DNA from: Macrostomum hystrix
Taxonomy: Eukaryota > Animalia > Platyhelminthes
Direction of reading: 5' to 3'
Length of the DNA stretch: 64,000 nt
Assembly: GCA_950097015.1 (NCBI GenBank)
Contig: CATNEN010000007.1
Location: forward strand, 682,001 to 746,000
A model generated the notes under the pieces. It saw only the letters and a list, made by a program, of their open reading frames with translations. It was not told the origin of the DNA and searched no databases. The first letter of the stretch is position 1, and each line of letters opens with the position of its first letter. The position numbers and the translations under genes were made by a program. Below are positions 31,101 to 43,369 of this stretch, one piece after another.

Positions 31101-31695
31101 CATTGTCATTGAAACTGGCACGCAGCATTGTCACCGAATGATTGTCGAGAACAAGACGATTGTCTAGCTTACGATAGACGCAGGTGAACGCTTGCACTAA
31201 CTCTAGGCTAGCTTGAACCAATGGTCGGGCGGACAATATTGGAGCGTCCTTAGCAACTAGTTGGACTAGCCTCTCTACGACATCCAAATCGTAGGCACAA
31301 ATCAGCAGGGGACGCGTGGTTAGCAACAGGCTGGGATCGGCTTTGCTGTACAACTGACTCTTGGCGCAGGCGTAAAAGTTGGTAATTGTTGGCGCATTGC
31401 AGCAAGGATACCAGGCGCAACTCTTTGGAACATCCGCATCTGGCTCCGAATTTGAAGTTGAGTCGGCTTCATCGTGAGATAAGTTGCCAAGCAACAGCGA
31501 TTCGCCGCACCATTGCGGCGAATCAAATTCGGCATCATTAGAAGTGAGCATCAACTGAAGAAGCTGCTCCTCCGTGCGCCAGTCGCCAAGCTCAAGGATG
31601 TCCCGTTGGAAATTGCCAACAGTAGTCATGCTGCCTAGCACTTTCTCAGTAGCAGGTGAAGGACGCACAAGAAATTCGTTCTCACGAGTAGCGAT
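25186..31695 (-). CDS. Highly divergent myosin-like protein (degenerate motor domain, IQ motif, unassigned tail); exons 31695-30641, 30556-29929, 29581-29059, 28762-28513, 28197-27945, 26753-26241, 25395-25186 (3432 nt, in frame)
   Basis: Collinear myosin landmarks: LVQASLELVQAF, FCFFYSLM (FHIFYQLL), FNFSDENLDFIYRCAAAALNL (LGFS.EE...I...LAAILHL), LERAARLLGL, MIRAIYRRLVQFVVDRINQRL (LAKALYSRLFDWLVxRIN), VSHWLGSRTY (IxHYAGxVxY), LLVGRKDVF (YQxGKTKVF) and IQ-like LQSHARRLAAKR. Seven exons splice in frame. Confidence 0.8.
25430..25850. repeat. 23-bp minisatellite (ctagccaaagttttctaagaaat) in the last intron of the myosin-like gene
   Basis: Read directly. Confidence 0.88.
26815..27050 (-). mobile_element. 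tRNA-derived SINE, family 2
   Basis: Minus strand has A-box-like tagcctcttgg and B box gggttcgattc, then cagctgaggtaatt...gtccatggactgaac shared with 14750-14822 and 61575-61738. Confidence 0.6.
28230..28445. repeat. 25-bp minisatellite (ctccctgacaatgagtactgacaga), intronic
   Basis: Read directly; fills the intron between exons 28513 and 28197. Confidence 0.92.
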
Positions 31696-32624
31696 CTAAA
31701 CTGGCGCCAATCTTTATATGCGGGCAAACTAAATCGCAGTTCAGTAAAATTTACAGACGCACAAGATACTAACCAGAGCACCCGAAAGAAGACAGAGAGA
31801 GACAGTGTGTATTACCCACGGGAATATTTCTTTAACACCAGATAAGATACCCTATAGGCTAGATTATTCTGCTGTCAAAGTCTATGCGAACAATCTTTCT
31901 GATACAAAAAAATGATAGGAATCGTTAAGTAACTTACAGACTATTAATAATTCTGACACGAATAGGGTGGGTGCGACCTAAAAATGCGAATAATACTACT
32001 TTTAGTCCAGCTGTGTAACCAAGTAGTATTTTTGTACTTTTCTTGCACAGGCCTTAAATATGATTCCTTAAAATGAGACTAGACTCAAAATGGATTAAAT
32101 AAAAAGATATAAACCCTTTTTATTGCCCTGTGATGACACAAAAAGCGAGTTTCAATTACGCAAAGCATATTTACTTTATATTCTCACAGTAAGACTAAGG
32201 CATCGTTTTGGCAAACCATAAAAGAAATGTTCAGAATTCTAGCAAGTTCTTGGTAGATTATACAATTATCAAGAAAGTCTTGCACAGGCAACAGCTATTG
32301 CATGTGGCGGCAGGAATTCGGACTAAGTAACAAAAGCAACGGATGAAACCATTTGCCAAGACAATAATTTTACATAACCAAGGCCACATCCGAATAGCAC
32401 AGGAATTATGAATTATGACTACTAGTGCATTATATTATGAGTAGCCAGAGCTATAGAAAAAAGTGCAGCACTTTTCATTACAAAAAGTAAAAAACAAGAA
32501 TCTGAAAATCTGTCTCTAAACCAGATACTTTCATTATATATGCTATAAAAGGAGTGCAGCCGCTGTTCCTAAAAAAACTAGAAATTAATGAAAATTGAAA
32601 GGTTGAGAGGGTGTAGGGTAAGAA

Positions 32625-33300
32625 TTGTAGTAGGTACAGGGTAGGAATTGTAGTAGGTACAGGGTAGGAATTGTAGTAGGTACAGGGTAGGAATTGTAGT
32701 AGGTACAGGGTAAGAATTGGAGTAGGTACAGGGTAAGAATTGGAGTAGGTACAGGGTAGGAATTGTAGTAGGTACAGGGTTAGAAATGTAGTAGGTACAG
32801 AGTTAGAAATGTAGTAGGTACAGGGTTAGAAATGGAGTAGGTACAGGGTTAGAAATGTAGTAGGTACAGGGTTAGAAATGTAGTAGGTACAGGGTAAGAA
32901 TTGGAGTAGGTACAGGGTAAGAATTGGAGTAGGTACAGGGTAAGAAATGTAGTAGGTACAGGGTTAGAAATGTAGTAGGTACAGGGTTAGAAATGTAGTA
33001 GGTACAGGGTTAGAAATGTAGTAGGTACAGGGTAAGAAATGTAGTAGGTACAGGGTTAGAAATGTAGTAGGTACAGGGTTAGAAATGTAGTAGGTACAGG
33101 GTTAGAAATGGAGTAGGTACAGGGTAAGAATTGGAGTAGGTACAGGGTAAGAATTGGAGTAGGTACAGGGTAAGAATTGGAGTAGGCACAGGGTAAGAAT
33201 TGGAGTAGGTACAGGGTAAGAAATGTAGTAGGTACAGGGTAAGAAATGTAGTAGGCACAGGGTAAGAAATGTAGTAGGTACAGGGTTAGAAATGTAGTTA
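32625..33300. repeat. 23-bp minisatellite (gtaggtacagggttagaaatgta), about 29 copies, between COG5 and the myosin-like gene
   Basis: Read directly. Confidence 0.93.
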
Positions 33301-33412
33301 AAAGTTAGTTTGAAGTTACTGATAAGAGAACGATTTGAGTTGCACCAGAAAACACGGAATAAACAATGACCTCAAAGCTGGTACGCACAGACTTGTCTAT
33401 TTATACCGCACT

Positions 33413-36400
33413 CTATCCTTCCTCATCAGCCGCGTTATCCCTATCGTCTCCCGTGCCCCGCTGAGCAGCGTTGAGATGTGCATTGACCAGTGTGAGCAGT
33501 ACGGGATAAACCGGGGCGTATTCCTTTAATCCCCTCGACTGGGCAGACTTTGCGTAGGCGGCTAGGGCGCCGTGTACAAACCGGAGCCTGTCGGATTCGT
33601 CCGGATGGTCTAGCAGCCAAGACACGTAGCGGCTCACCTGAGTGACAGATTTAAAGTTGAGGCTTGCGCTCTTTAACAGATGCAATACCACTTTATAACA
33701 CTTAAAATTACTTTTAAATGGGAAATTTCAATGCAAATGATCCTGAAATGGGGATATTAAAATGACCTTGAACTGGGGATCTGAAATGAAAATGACCTTG
33801 AACTGGGGATCTGAAATGAAAATGACCTTGAACTGGGGATCTGAAATTAAAATAACCTTGAAATGGGGATCTGAATTAAAAAATATCCTAAAATGAGCAT
33901 TTGACCCTAAAATAGGGATCTGAATTTAAAATGATCCTGAAATGGGATTTCAAACCAAAATGACGCTAAAATGGGGATCTGAAAAAATGACCTTGAACTG
34001 GGATCTGAATTTAAAAAGATCCAAAAATGAGTATTTGAAATTAAGTTGACCTTGAACTGGTGGTCTGCAGTCAAATTATATTAAAACCGAGAAGCTAGGA
34101 AGATTATATCTGAGGATCCTAGAAAAAATGGTACTCACCGACCAACCAGCGGCGGTGTGAGGCGATTGCATATCGGCAGGCGCCCTGGAGAACAGCAGGT
34201 GAGCCACCAGGCTAGCAGGCAGGGAGTCGCCAATGGACGGATTATTAGCCACGTGGTGAGCTGACTGGAATAGCAGAGGCCGAAAAGCGCGCAGTCGCCG
34301 ATAGTGCTGGCCGAGATCCGACACGCGGCGGCACAGTGGCGACAGGGCCAGCTCTAGTTGGGCGCAATCCGCAGCCAATCGCAGCCGGCCGGACTCGGCT
34401 AGCGGCCTAACCAAACTGGCCAATAGGAGGAAGACTTCGATGCACTGGCACGCGATTGGCTGCAGACTGGAGTAAAGGAAATCCCGCTGGCGATAGCTGG
34501 CCAGGTACTGCTGAGCCACTCGGCTGACAAACTCCTGCAGTGGCAAGGAATTTGTTGTAATTCTTCTTAGACTAAGGCTCTGATCCTCTTTATGGAAATA
34601 TTTCTATATCCTCAGATTTGCGAATACTACCAGATCCTCAGATTTGGGAATATTACTATATACTCAGATTTGGGAATACTTCTATATCCTCAGATTTGGG
34701 AATACTACCAGATCCTCAGATTTGGGAATATTACTATATACTCAGATTTGGGAATACTTCTATATCCTCAGATTTGGGAATACTACCAGATCCTCAGATT
34801 TGGGAATACTACCAGATCCTCAGATTTGGGAATACTTCTATATCCTCAGATTTGGGAATACTACCAGATCCTCAGATTTGGGAATACTACCAGATCCTCA
34901 GATTTGGGAATACTACAAGATCCTCAGATTTGGGAATACTACAAGATCCTCAGACTTTATAATACTACAAGATCCTCAGATTTGGGAATACTACAAGATC
35001 CTCAGACTTTATAATACTACAAGATCCTCAGATTTGGGAATACTTCTATATCCTCAGATTTGGGAATACTACCAGATCCTCAGATTTGGGAATACTTCTA
35101 TATCCTCAGATTTGGGAATACTACCAGATCCTCAGATTTGGGAATACTTCTATATCCTCAGATTTGGGAATACTTCTATATCCTCAGATTTGGGAATACT
35201 ACCAGATCCTCAGATTTGGGAATACTACCAGATCCTCAGATTTGGGAATACTACAAGATCCTCAGATTTGGGAATACTACAAGATCCTCAGACTTTATAA
35301 TACTACAAGATCCTCAGATTTGGGAATACTACAAGATCCTCAGACTTTATAATACTAAAAGATCCTTAGATTCTCAGACACGCTAACCTGAAGCTCCCTC
35401 ATGTACAGTGAGCACTGCTGCTGCTGCTGTTGCTGCGCAGTCTGCTGGGACTGCTGCGAAGGCTGATCGAATCGCTCCTGATGCATAGTTAGCAAAATCG
35501 CTTCTAAACTGTCGCGAATCGAACCCAGCAGCGGCTCCAGGGTTTGAGTCATAAGCTGGCGCAGTTCTGCCAGGCCTCCGTCCAACAGGCCGACAGCGGT
35601 GTCAGGCAGGTCAGCTGAGAGCAGCGCTGATCGAAGGTCGTGACTGAGCTGGCCAAGCATGTTCACTAGGCTCGCGTTGGTCTGAAGCGGGGGTTCAAGC
35701 AATGGTGGCATCGCAATTAAATGGGCGTTGCAAAACTAGACAAACAGAAAGCTATTTGGGCAAAAGTTCTGAAAGAATAGCTAAGGAAATCCCGAATATT
35801 TGTCTCAAAAAAATGGTGTCCTAAATACCAACAACAAGGATCTTAATGTAATTATTCTAAACAAAGCATTAATCTCTAAATATGAGTTTTTATTCTTTTA
35901 CAAATAGGATTCTACGCGATGTACATCCCAACTGGAATCCTAAAAATGAAACTTTGATCTTAATCTCTGAAAAACGAATATTAAGCTTTAAAAAATTCTT
36001 ATTCCCTCAAAACAATTAAGGATGTTAATCTCGCAAATAATTTTTTAATCCCGCAAACAGTTTTTTAAATCCTAAAAACAATTATGTTAATACCGCAAGC
36101 GACTGTGCTAATCCCAAAACAAATGATGTCAATCCCTATAACAAGGATGTTTATCCCTATAACAAGAACGGTAATCGCTATAATAAGGATGTCAATCCTA
36201 ATAAAAAAAGGATGTTAATCCCAAAAACTCAACCGGATCTTACTTTTAAAACTCCCAAAAATTATTTTAAAAACGAAAACCTAAGAACCTAAGAAATAAT
36301 CTGAACCCCAATAGACCGTAGCTTTGAAAATCTACTAACCTGCTGCCCCTCAGTGGGAGGTCCCAGCACTTGACTAGCGGTGGCGTCGGCCACCCGCGTA

Positions 36401-39400
36401 GCTTCAGCTTTGCGACAGACGAACTGCACAGTCTTGAGCACATTCTTGGCAATCTTTAGCAGCAGATCCTGGTCAACCTGGGTGAAGGTCAACTCGGAGG
36501 TCATGGCTTCGACAATGCGACGAATCTCCGACTCGCTGTTTAGCGAACGCTGACCGCCGCTGAACATGGCGTCCACCGGATCGAATAGGCGACTGAGGGA
36601 CCTGGGCGGAGGACAGGGCGTGACTGGCTTGGAGCTGAGAAAAAATCGCAGATTTTAGCTAATATTTTACTTCATACTAGCGCAATATAGCGAAACAGAC
36701 AAATAAACATTTATGCATCCATACACAATTCATGACCAAGACCAATCTAAATCCAAGACAAATCTAGAACCAAGACCAATTCAGAACCAAGACAAATCCA
36801 GAACCAACACATTTCCAAAACATAGACCTTTCTAAAACAAAGAACAATCTTGCGCCAAGACCAATCTAAAACCAAGACCTTTCCAAAACCAAGACCTTTC
36901 CAAAACCAAAACCTTTCCAAAACCAAGACTAATCCAAAACAAAGACCTACAAAAAAACAAAGAGCAATCTAAAACCAAGACCAATCCAAAACGAAGACTA
37001 ATCTATAAAGACTAATCCAAAAAGCCTATCTCAAACCAAGATCGATCTAAAACCAAGACCAGTGACCGAACCTGGACAGATAGGCAGCCTCAAAGCTGGC
37101 CAGATGCGCCCTGCCAAGCGGTGGCAGCTCTTCATCAACCGCTGCCAGCCTAGCCGTCAGCTCATTCGACGATTTCAATAGTCTCGGGTATTCGCCCTCA
37201 AACGCGTGCTTTAAGAATGCGGAAGCGCCGGCAGCCGTTGACAGACTGTCGCGCAGACAGTCGGAGAGCCAGTCGGCGAAGGCAGACGGGCTGATGGCAT
37301 CGGCTGCGGCGGTGGACAGCAGGTCCGATAGCGGTCGCTGCGTGTTGGGATCTCGCTTCTTGGCTAGTATTCGGCGCAGGCTGGCCAGGAACTGAGCCCC
37401 AGAAATGGCCTCCTCGTTCAAAGCGTCCAGGCCGGACCAGAGGGCCTGCGAGTAGGCCGCTGATTGGCCCGCCGGAAGGTTGGCGCGCCCTGGATGGCCG
37501 CCGCTGCCGCTCCTGCAGAGTCCGGGTTGGCGCGAGAGTTTAAGCGTCAAGTTTACAACATCAAGCTCACGATTGTCGAGATTTCCGATCCCTAGAAACT
37601 GGGATTTCCAATTCCTAAAAATTGGAAATGTTTACAACATCAAGCTCACGATTGCCGGGATTTCCGATCCCTAAAAATCCGGGATTTCCAATCCCAAAAA
37701 CGGGGATTTCCGATCCCTTAAAACAAGGACTTCCAATTCCTAAAAATCCGGGATGTCCTATCACTAAAACTGTGATCTACCACCCCTCAAACACTCTTAC
37801 TATTATCTTATAATATATAACATTCTTACACTCCAGACCCGGTAGCCGGGTGCCCAGATCCTCCTAGAAAGGGCGTTTTCTGCATCAGCGCCGACATGTC
37901 CAGCGCTGAGGCGACTCGGTCACGCAGGTCGGACCGGACCCGGCCGGCCAGGTCAATTATGCAGTCGTCCAATCTGCCCAGGCAGAAAACTGCGTGCAGG
38001 CAGGCGGCCAGTTGCGGATGCGGGCCAGAGTGCGCCCCTAGCGACGGTTGCTAAGGAAAAAATGAATACAGTAATTTATAAAGGCAAGTTTTATTTGACT
38101 GTAATGTCTTCCCCTAAAATTAGCTTTCCAACACAATACCACTGGAAACGTCGAAGGTAAGAAAATAGGAAACCTTATGGCAATTGTAACTATGCAGATA
38201 TAATCCGCATAGTAACTGTAACTTATAACAAGAATATCCCTCTAACAACGTTATCTTTGTAGATGTTTTACATAGATCATCGTCACGATGGGTAAATATT
38301 ACGACTAAATCTCCTTACCAACGGTAGCTAAGCTAAATCGGTTACAACCCCTTAGCAACGGTAACGCGCGTTAATCAGCTACAGCTACATTCCTTTGGTA
38401 ACGGTATCTCTTCTCATTAAAATCCCCTCAGAAACAGCAGCTAAAATTATCAGCAAAAGCCGCTCACCAAACCAGACGCCGCTCCGACGCCCCTTGCATC
38501 GGCTAGCAGTGCTGTGGCCCTGGCCTCAGCGGCATCTCTCCACCTGGCGAACCGCCTGTGCTCCCGCTCCAGAGCGTGCACGCCGCGCCAATCCAAGCCG
38601 GAGAACTGGTGCGCCAAATCGCCCAGCGTCTGCGCCACCTTGCCCAGCTGGTCCTCCGGCAGACTGGCCGCCTCCTCGGCGCCGGAGCCCGACTGCGCCG
38701 GCAGCTTCTTGGCCAGGGCGAAGATGCGGCTGGCGCGTCGAAGAAAATCGCAGGCGGCCTGCACCCGGCGCAGGTGAGTGACCCGCTGCTCCAATCGGCC
38801 GTAGGGTTCGCCAATTCGAGCTCGAATCTTTTGCAAGCCTAGCAACAGGGCGCCAGTGCGAGATTGCACCACTGACAGCACCGATTCCAGGGTGTCGATG
38901 CCAGTGGCGCGAGACAGCAGGTCTTTGTGATGCCGGACAACGTGACGCTCGATGTCGCTTTCGAGTCTTTGTTAACATTTTAAGAACTAAGATTTAATAG
39001 CAATAATATATTACAATTTGCATAGCAACGGTTGCTAAGGCTTACTAAAATCCATCACAGTAACTTCTCTAAGCTTAACAGTACAAAAATATAATAGCAA
39101 CGCAGAAAAAATTATTGTAGTGAGAAATTGCTTAACTTATTTATTGGTAATAGTCAGCAGAGAATAAGAAATTACTCTTGATAATTTCAAATGCTTCTTT
39201 GACTGAGATTCGAACACGTGACCTTTCGGTCAGGTTTCCAAAGCCCTAACGACTGGTGCACAATCTGGCTATTGTTAAAACGATTGCTAAAGTCTAATAG
39301 CTAGGCGAAGCACAATAAGATTAAGAACTCACTTAGCAATGCAGGCGTCAATCTTTTCAATAACCTCGCTGACGACTTGCGTCTGCAGTACAGTGATAGC

Positions 39401-39469
39401 GAACGACTTCTCATCAAATGTGTCGCCTTCAAAAACTGCCAAAAATTCGTCATTTTCTTCGCCATTCAT
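33413..39469 (-). CDS. COG5: Conserved oligomeric Golgi complex subunit 5; exons 39469-39333, 38966-38468, 38050-37830, 37512-37072, 36601-36340, 35681-35388, 34534-34139, 33637-33413 (824 aa)
   Basis: Motifs HKDLLSRATGIDTLESVL, RLRRVQAACDFLRR, YPRLLK, YLSRSLSRLFDPV, CSLYMRELQEFVSRV, VRPLAESGRLRLAADCAQLELAL, LRAFRPLLF, LFSRAPADMQSPHTAAGWS and YAPVYP. The eight exons total 2475 nt in frame. Confidence 0.95.
33740..34060. repeat. Degenerate ~30-bp repeat (aaatgaccttgaactggggatctgaaatga) in the last COG5 intron
   Basis: Read directly; degenerate. Confidence 0.7.
34605..35370. repeat. 26-bp minisatellite (atcctcagatttgggaatactaccag), about 29 copies, COG5 intron
   Basis: Read directly; explains + ORFs 34592..35386. 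Confidence 0.94.
36735..37060. repeat. Degenerate ~19-bp repeat (aaaccaagac...) in a COG5 intron
   Basis: Recurrent accaagac units. Confidence 0.7.
39195..39265 (-). mobile_element. tRNA-like SINE head fragment in COG5 intron 1
   Basis: Minus strand accagtcgttagggctttggaaacctgaccgaaaggtcacgtgttcgaatctcagtc includes a B-box-like gtgttcgaatc; no convincing full cloverleaf. Confidence 0.4.
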
Positions 39470-41109
39470 TGTCTCATCAGATCTGGCTGATAACTGCAGA
39501 TTAAGGAAGAATATGGTCCATTGTAAGAAATATACAACCGAAAACATTGCGAACTGCCAGACCAAGAATTCCCTATGAAAACAGATTAGTGCACAAGGTT
39601 TGAAATATGCCTTGTGGTTGCACATATTCCAAGCATTTATTTAAATTTAGGCATATTATTTCAGAGAAAGCTCACTATTTTACATTTCCCACATATTTTA
39701 GTAATAAGATTCTGACCAGCTACTTTAGTCACTAGGAGACTCAGAGACTTTAGATTAGAAAATGAGCTATGGCCTAGTAGTTGATTAAAAATAAGGCTAG
39801 AGAGACCCAAAACTTATCAATTGCTAATAGTATCATAGAAATTGATTGGCAATAAAGTTTTATATTGAAACTTAAGTAATAACCTTAAAACCCATTCAAT
39901 TGCCCAAAAAAAGAAACAGCAAACTATTATTCTTCATTTATAAGCAAGCGCTCTATAAATATAAAGATTATTAATTTTGTTTTATTCATAAAGTTATAGA
40001 TGTCTGATAAAAGGTTAGGTTGTAAATTTTGTTTAAATATGATATTTGATTTGGGGTTAAGAGTGTAATGCTTAAAACACACCATATTTAAACTATATAC
40101 AGGCATATTTACAGGCATTAGCAATGACTACAAAGAGATTCTCATGACAAAATAAGAATGAGATTTCAATGTAAACAATAAACTATACACAGTTGTACTA
40201 AATGGGAATTTAATTGATGTTTCATTAGGTTTTTCAAGCTTAAAATTGCTTGCTTTGTTGAAGTTCACTTAATAGAAGTCAGTGGCAATTCATTAGAAAT
40301 GGTCTGAAAGCTAATTTTCTACACTTTTATAAGTTGGATTGTTTTGGCAAGTTCCAAAATCTTTTTTTAACTTGCTGCTTAAAGTAACTTGTAAAGTTAG
40401 GGCCTAATAGCTAAAGTCATTATATTAACTAAAAAATACATGTGCAAATCAAATAGAAGCATCATTTAAAATGTATAGGCCTATTTCATTTATGCTATCC
40501 TTGGAACCAATAGGCAGTTCTTTGCCAATAAAATAGTTCCTAATTATGATAATGGCACAGAAAGCATACCTGCCCTATCAATATGCAGCATACCCCTATG
40601 AATTGCTATTGAGTTCTGTTACATAAGCCTCACAAAGCAAGCAACTTAAAGCTTGAAGCACCAACTAAAACATCAATTTAACCCTCAATTGGTTCCATTT
40701 GATATAACTTTGTATAGTTTGTTATTTACATTGACATCTCATTCTTATCATGTAGGCGGACTCATCACTAATTGTTTTGAATGGGTTTATACTTTAAGCA
40801 TAACAGTTTACACTTTAACCACTCATTTAAACTCTAATTTACAGTTATGTAGGCCTAGAAGACACAGGAGCCTATTTTTCTAGTCTTTTAGATACCAATA
40901 AGTGGGCCTTGTTACCACAGTCCCATAGCAATTTACTCATTATTCTGCAAGTTATTGACATGGTACTGTGCCAATAAGCATTATCATTTATAATTTTTAA
41001 AAAGTAACTTTTATAATTAAATTTCATTTCTCAGTTCGATACCCATTGGAGACAAAGGACACAGAACTCAAGCAAGCTAAGTCACTTCTATTACTTCTTC
41101 AAGCAATAT

Positions 41110-41700
41110 TATTCAGCCGAAAAATATTTACAACAAATATACAACCCGGAGTTGAGATGTACCATAGCCTCGTTTAGACTAGGAAACCATAAGCTAGCTT
41201 GCGAAACATTGCAAACTGCGAGACCGAAAATTCCACATGTAAATAGATTATGTAGTAAGTGCAAAACAGAAGTTGAAAACGAGGTCCACTTCCTTTTTAA
41301 GTGCACTTGGAATAAGTATAGTGCAGCACGTTCGAAATTTGAGACAGAAGTTTCTGGGAAAACCCCCAATTTCATATCCTTAACAGTAGAAGAAAAATCT
41401 AACTACATAATGGCTCAAGACGATAGGGAAACCGCTGAAGCTTTAGCAAAATACATCATAGAAATATCTAAAATAAGGGAACAGCTCCAGCTGCCCTGAG
41501 ACTACGAGATCTTACTAGCATTCAACAATAGATATTTCATATTTTGTTTTATCCCTGTTGTCCCTTGTGTTTTTACTGCTCTTATTTTTACTACCTTTGC
41601 TTTCCCTTCCCAGCTCGATATTTGATTCCTACTAAACTTTGCTTTTTATGTTGCTTTTCGTTGTTCATTTAAATGTGTTGTTAAAAAATATATATTAAAA
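41110..41700 (+). mobile_element. 5'-truncated non-LTR retrotransposon (LINE) 3' end encoding the C-terminal CCHC region of ORF2
   Basis: LRCTIASFRLGNHKLACE...RLCSKCKTEVENEVHFLFKC matches the post-RT R..L..FR.S.H.L..E...R.C..C....E.E.HFL..C pattern of LINE ORF2 C-termini. No RT core present. Confidence 0.8.
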
Positions 41701-43369
41701 AAATCAGCACCCATAGATGGCGTGCGCGTTTTAATAATAATAATAATATAAAAAATGGTAGTAGCCACTTAATAAATATATCTAACACTGGACACAAAAT
41801 TCCCATAAAGTGTCCATGTATTCATGGCATATCATTTAATTGAAATTAAATAGAACTTCATTTTTTATTTTAGTCAACTGTAATAATATTTGACAAACTT
41901 AACCTAGGCCTATGAAAAGAGGCCTGATGTTTCTATTGTTGAAAGGGTTCTTGTGTTTAATATAATTATATTGCATACAATAGCCAACAATTACTCCTCT
42001 TACATAGGCCTATTTTAAAACACCAATGCAGCTGAAGCCAAATGCCATGTGAAGTTTGACAACTGGTATACAAGCTCTTTTCCCACATTTTTATAGTTCA
42101 AATAATATGAGATCCATTGTGAAGTCAGCCATCCGTCAAAGTAGGCATTTTTCTAGCTTTTCAAAACAAATATGCAATTATTGTAGTGAAAACTAAAGAC
42201 AGTCTGTATGTTAAGTGTCCAAAACTAATTTATGAATTTAACAGGAATTTAACTGCTTCTAAAATTTTGTCTTATTTAGCTTGAACTCATAAGTCCAAAA
42301 TTGAAAATTTTAGTGTTCGAGTAGTCCGAGGACTAGGCCTACTTCTATATTCTTCTTCTAGTGGTCCTTGTTTAAATCAATCATCATGGAGTTTCTTTTC
42401 CGAATTTAGACGCAACATACATTATATTGTGACGCAATGAGTAATGCGACCAAATAGCGTAGCGGTATATTTATGGAATTTCTGATGTTGAGAATATTTA
42501 TTTTATATCGGGCTAGAATATTGGTGTTAAAATATTTACGAGTCTTAGGAGCAGGACCGGCCGCCGGGGGCAGCACTCAGCAACACGAACTGACGAGAAA
42601 AAAAAGAAACTAATTGCTTAAAAGGTGACTTTCTAAGAATAATACAGTATTAACTAAATCTACATACATGTTCTACAAATATACAAATACATACATCTAT
42701 AAATCTACATGCATGTACATAGCAAAAATTAAAATTCACGATTCATCGACAAGAGAAAAATCAAAACTAAAAAAAAACTACTCATAAAAATCAGCCGTGT
42801 TGACGATTCTTAGGCTACATCGAACATGCGCGACGGTCGCCTAATAGGCAACTCCGAACATGTTATTTGTTCCGAGAACATGTTCTTTAAAATTAATAAG
42901 GCTACTTTATGTATATTAAATACCGCTAGGTGAAGAAAAAATAATCAAGAAAAAACTATGCCTTCCTTGGCATGAGGTCAACAAACAAGACAGAGTTAAA
43001 CGGCCATACTATGTCTAGTAATATCCTAGTTCACCAGCACTTAACGTACATATTAGCCAGCAATATAGTTTTCTCTCAACTTTTTTTGAGATTTTTTATT
43101 TTTTTATATTTTAATATTTTTTTACATTACGAAGCCTTATCCCGCCTGGCTGTCGTAATCCGGTTTTCATCCGGGGCGACGTCCGGAATTTCATCCGGTA
43201 CGTAATGCAAATGTCCCATTTAAAAGCCGGATGAGAGCCGGATGTAAAGTTTACAAACCGGATGAAAACATGCATATTTGACCTTTCATCCGGGTGCTCA
43301 ACCAACATTAGTCCGGAAATTCATCCGGGAAGCTATCCGGGAAACCGCGGGTGACAGGGCGGAGCAAAT

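Noticed and set aside
24220-33300. Telomeric repeats (ttaggg in the 31-bp unit; agggttag in the 23-bp unit)
   Set aside because: Only one hexamer per long unit; there is no (TTAGGG)n run.
39195-39265. Genuine tRNA gene
   Set aside because: B-box-like motif is present but I could not fold convincing acceptor and anticodon stems; it fits a SINE head. tRNAscan-SE would settle it.
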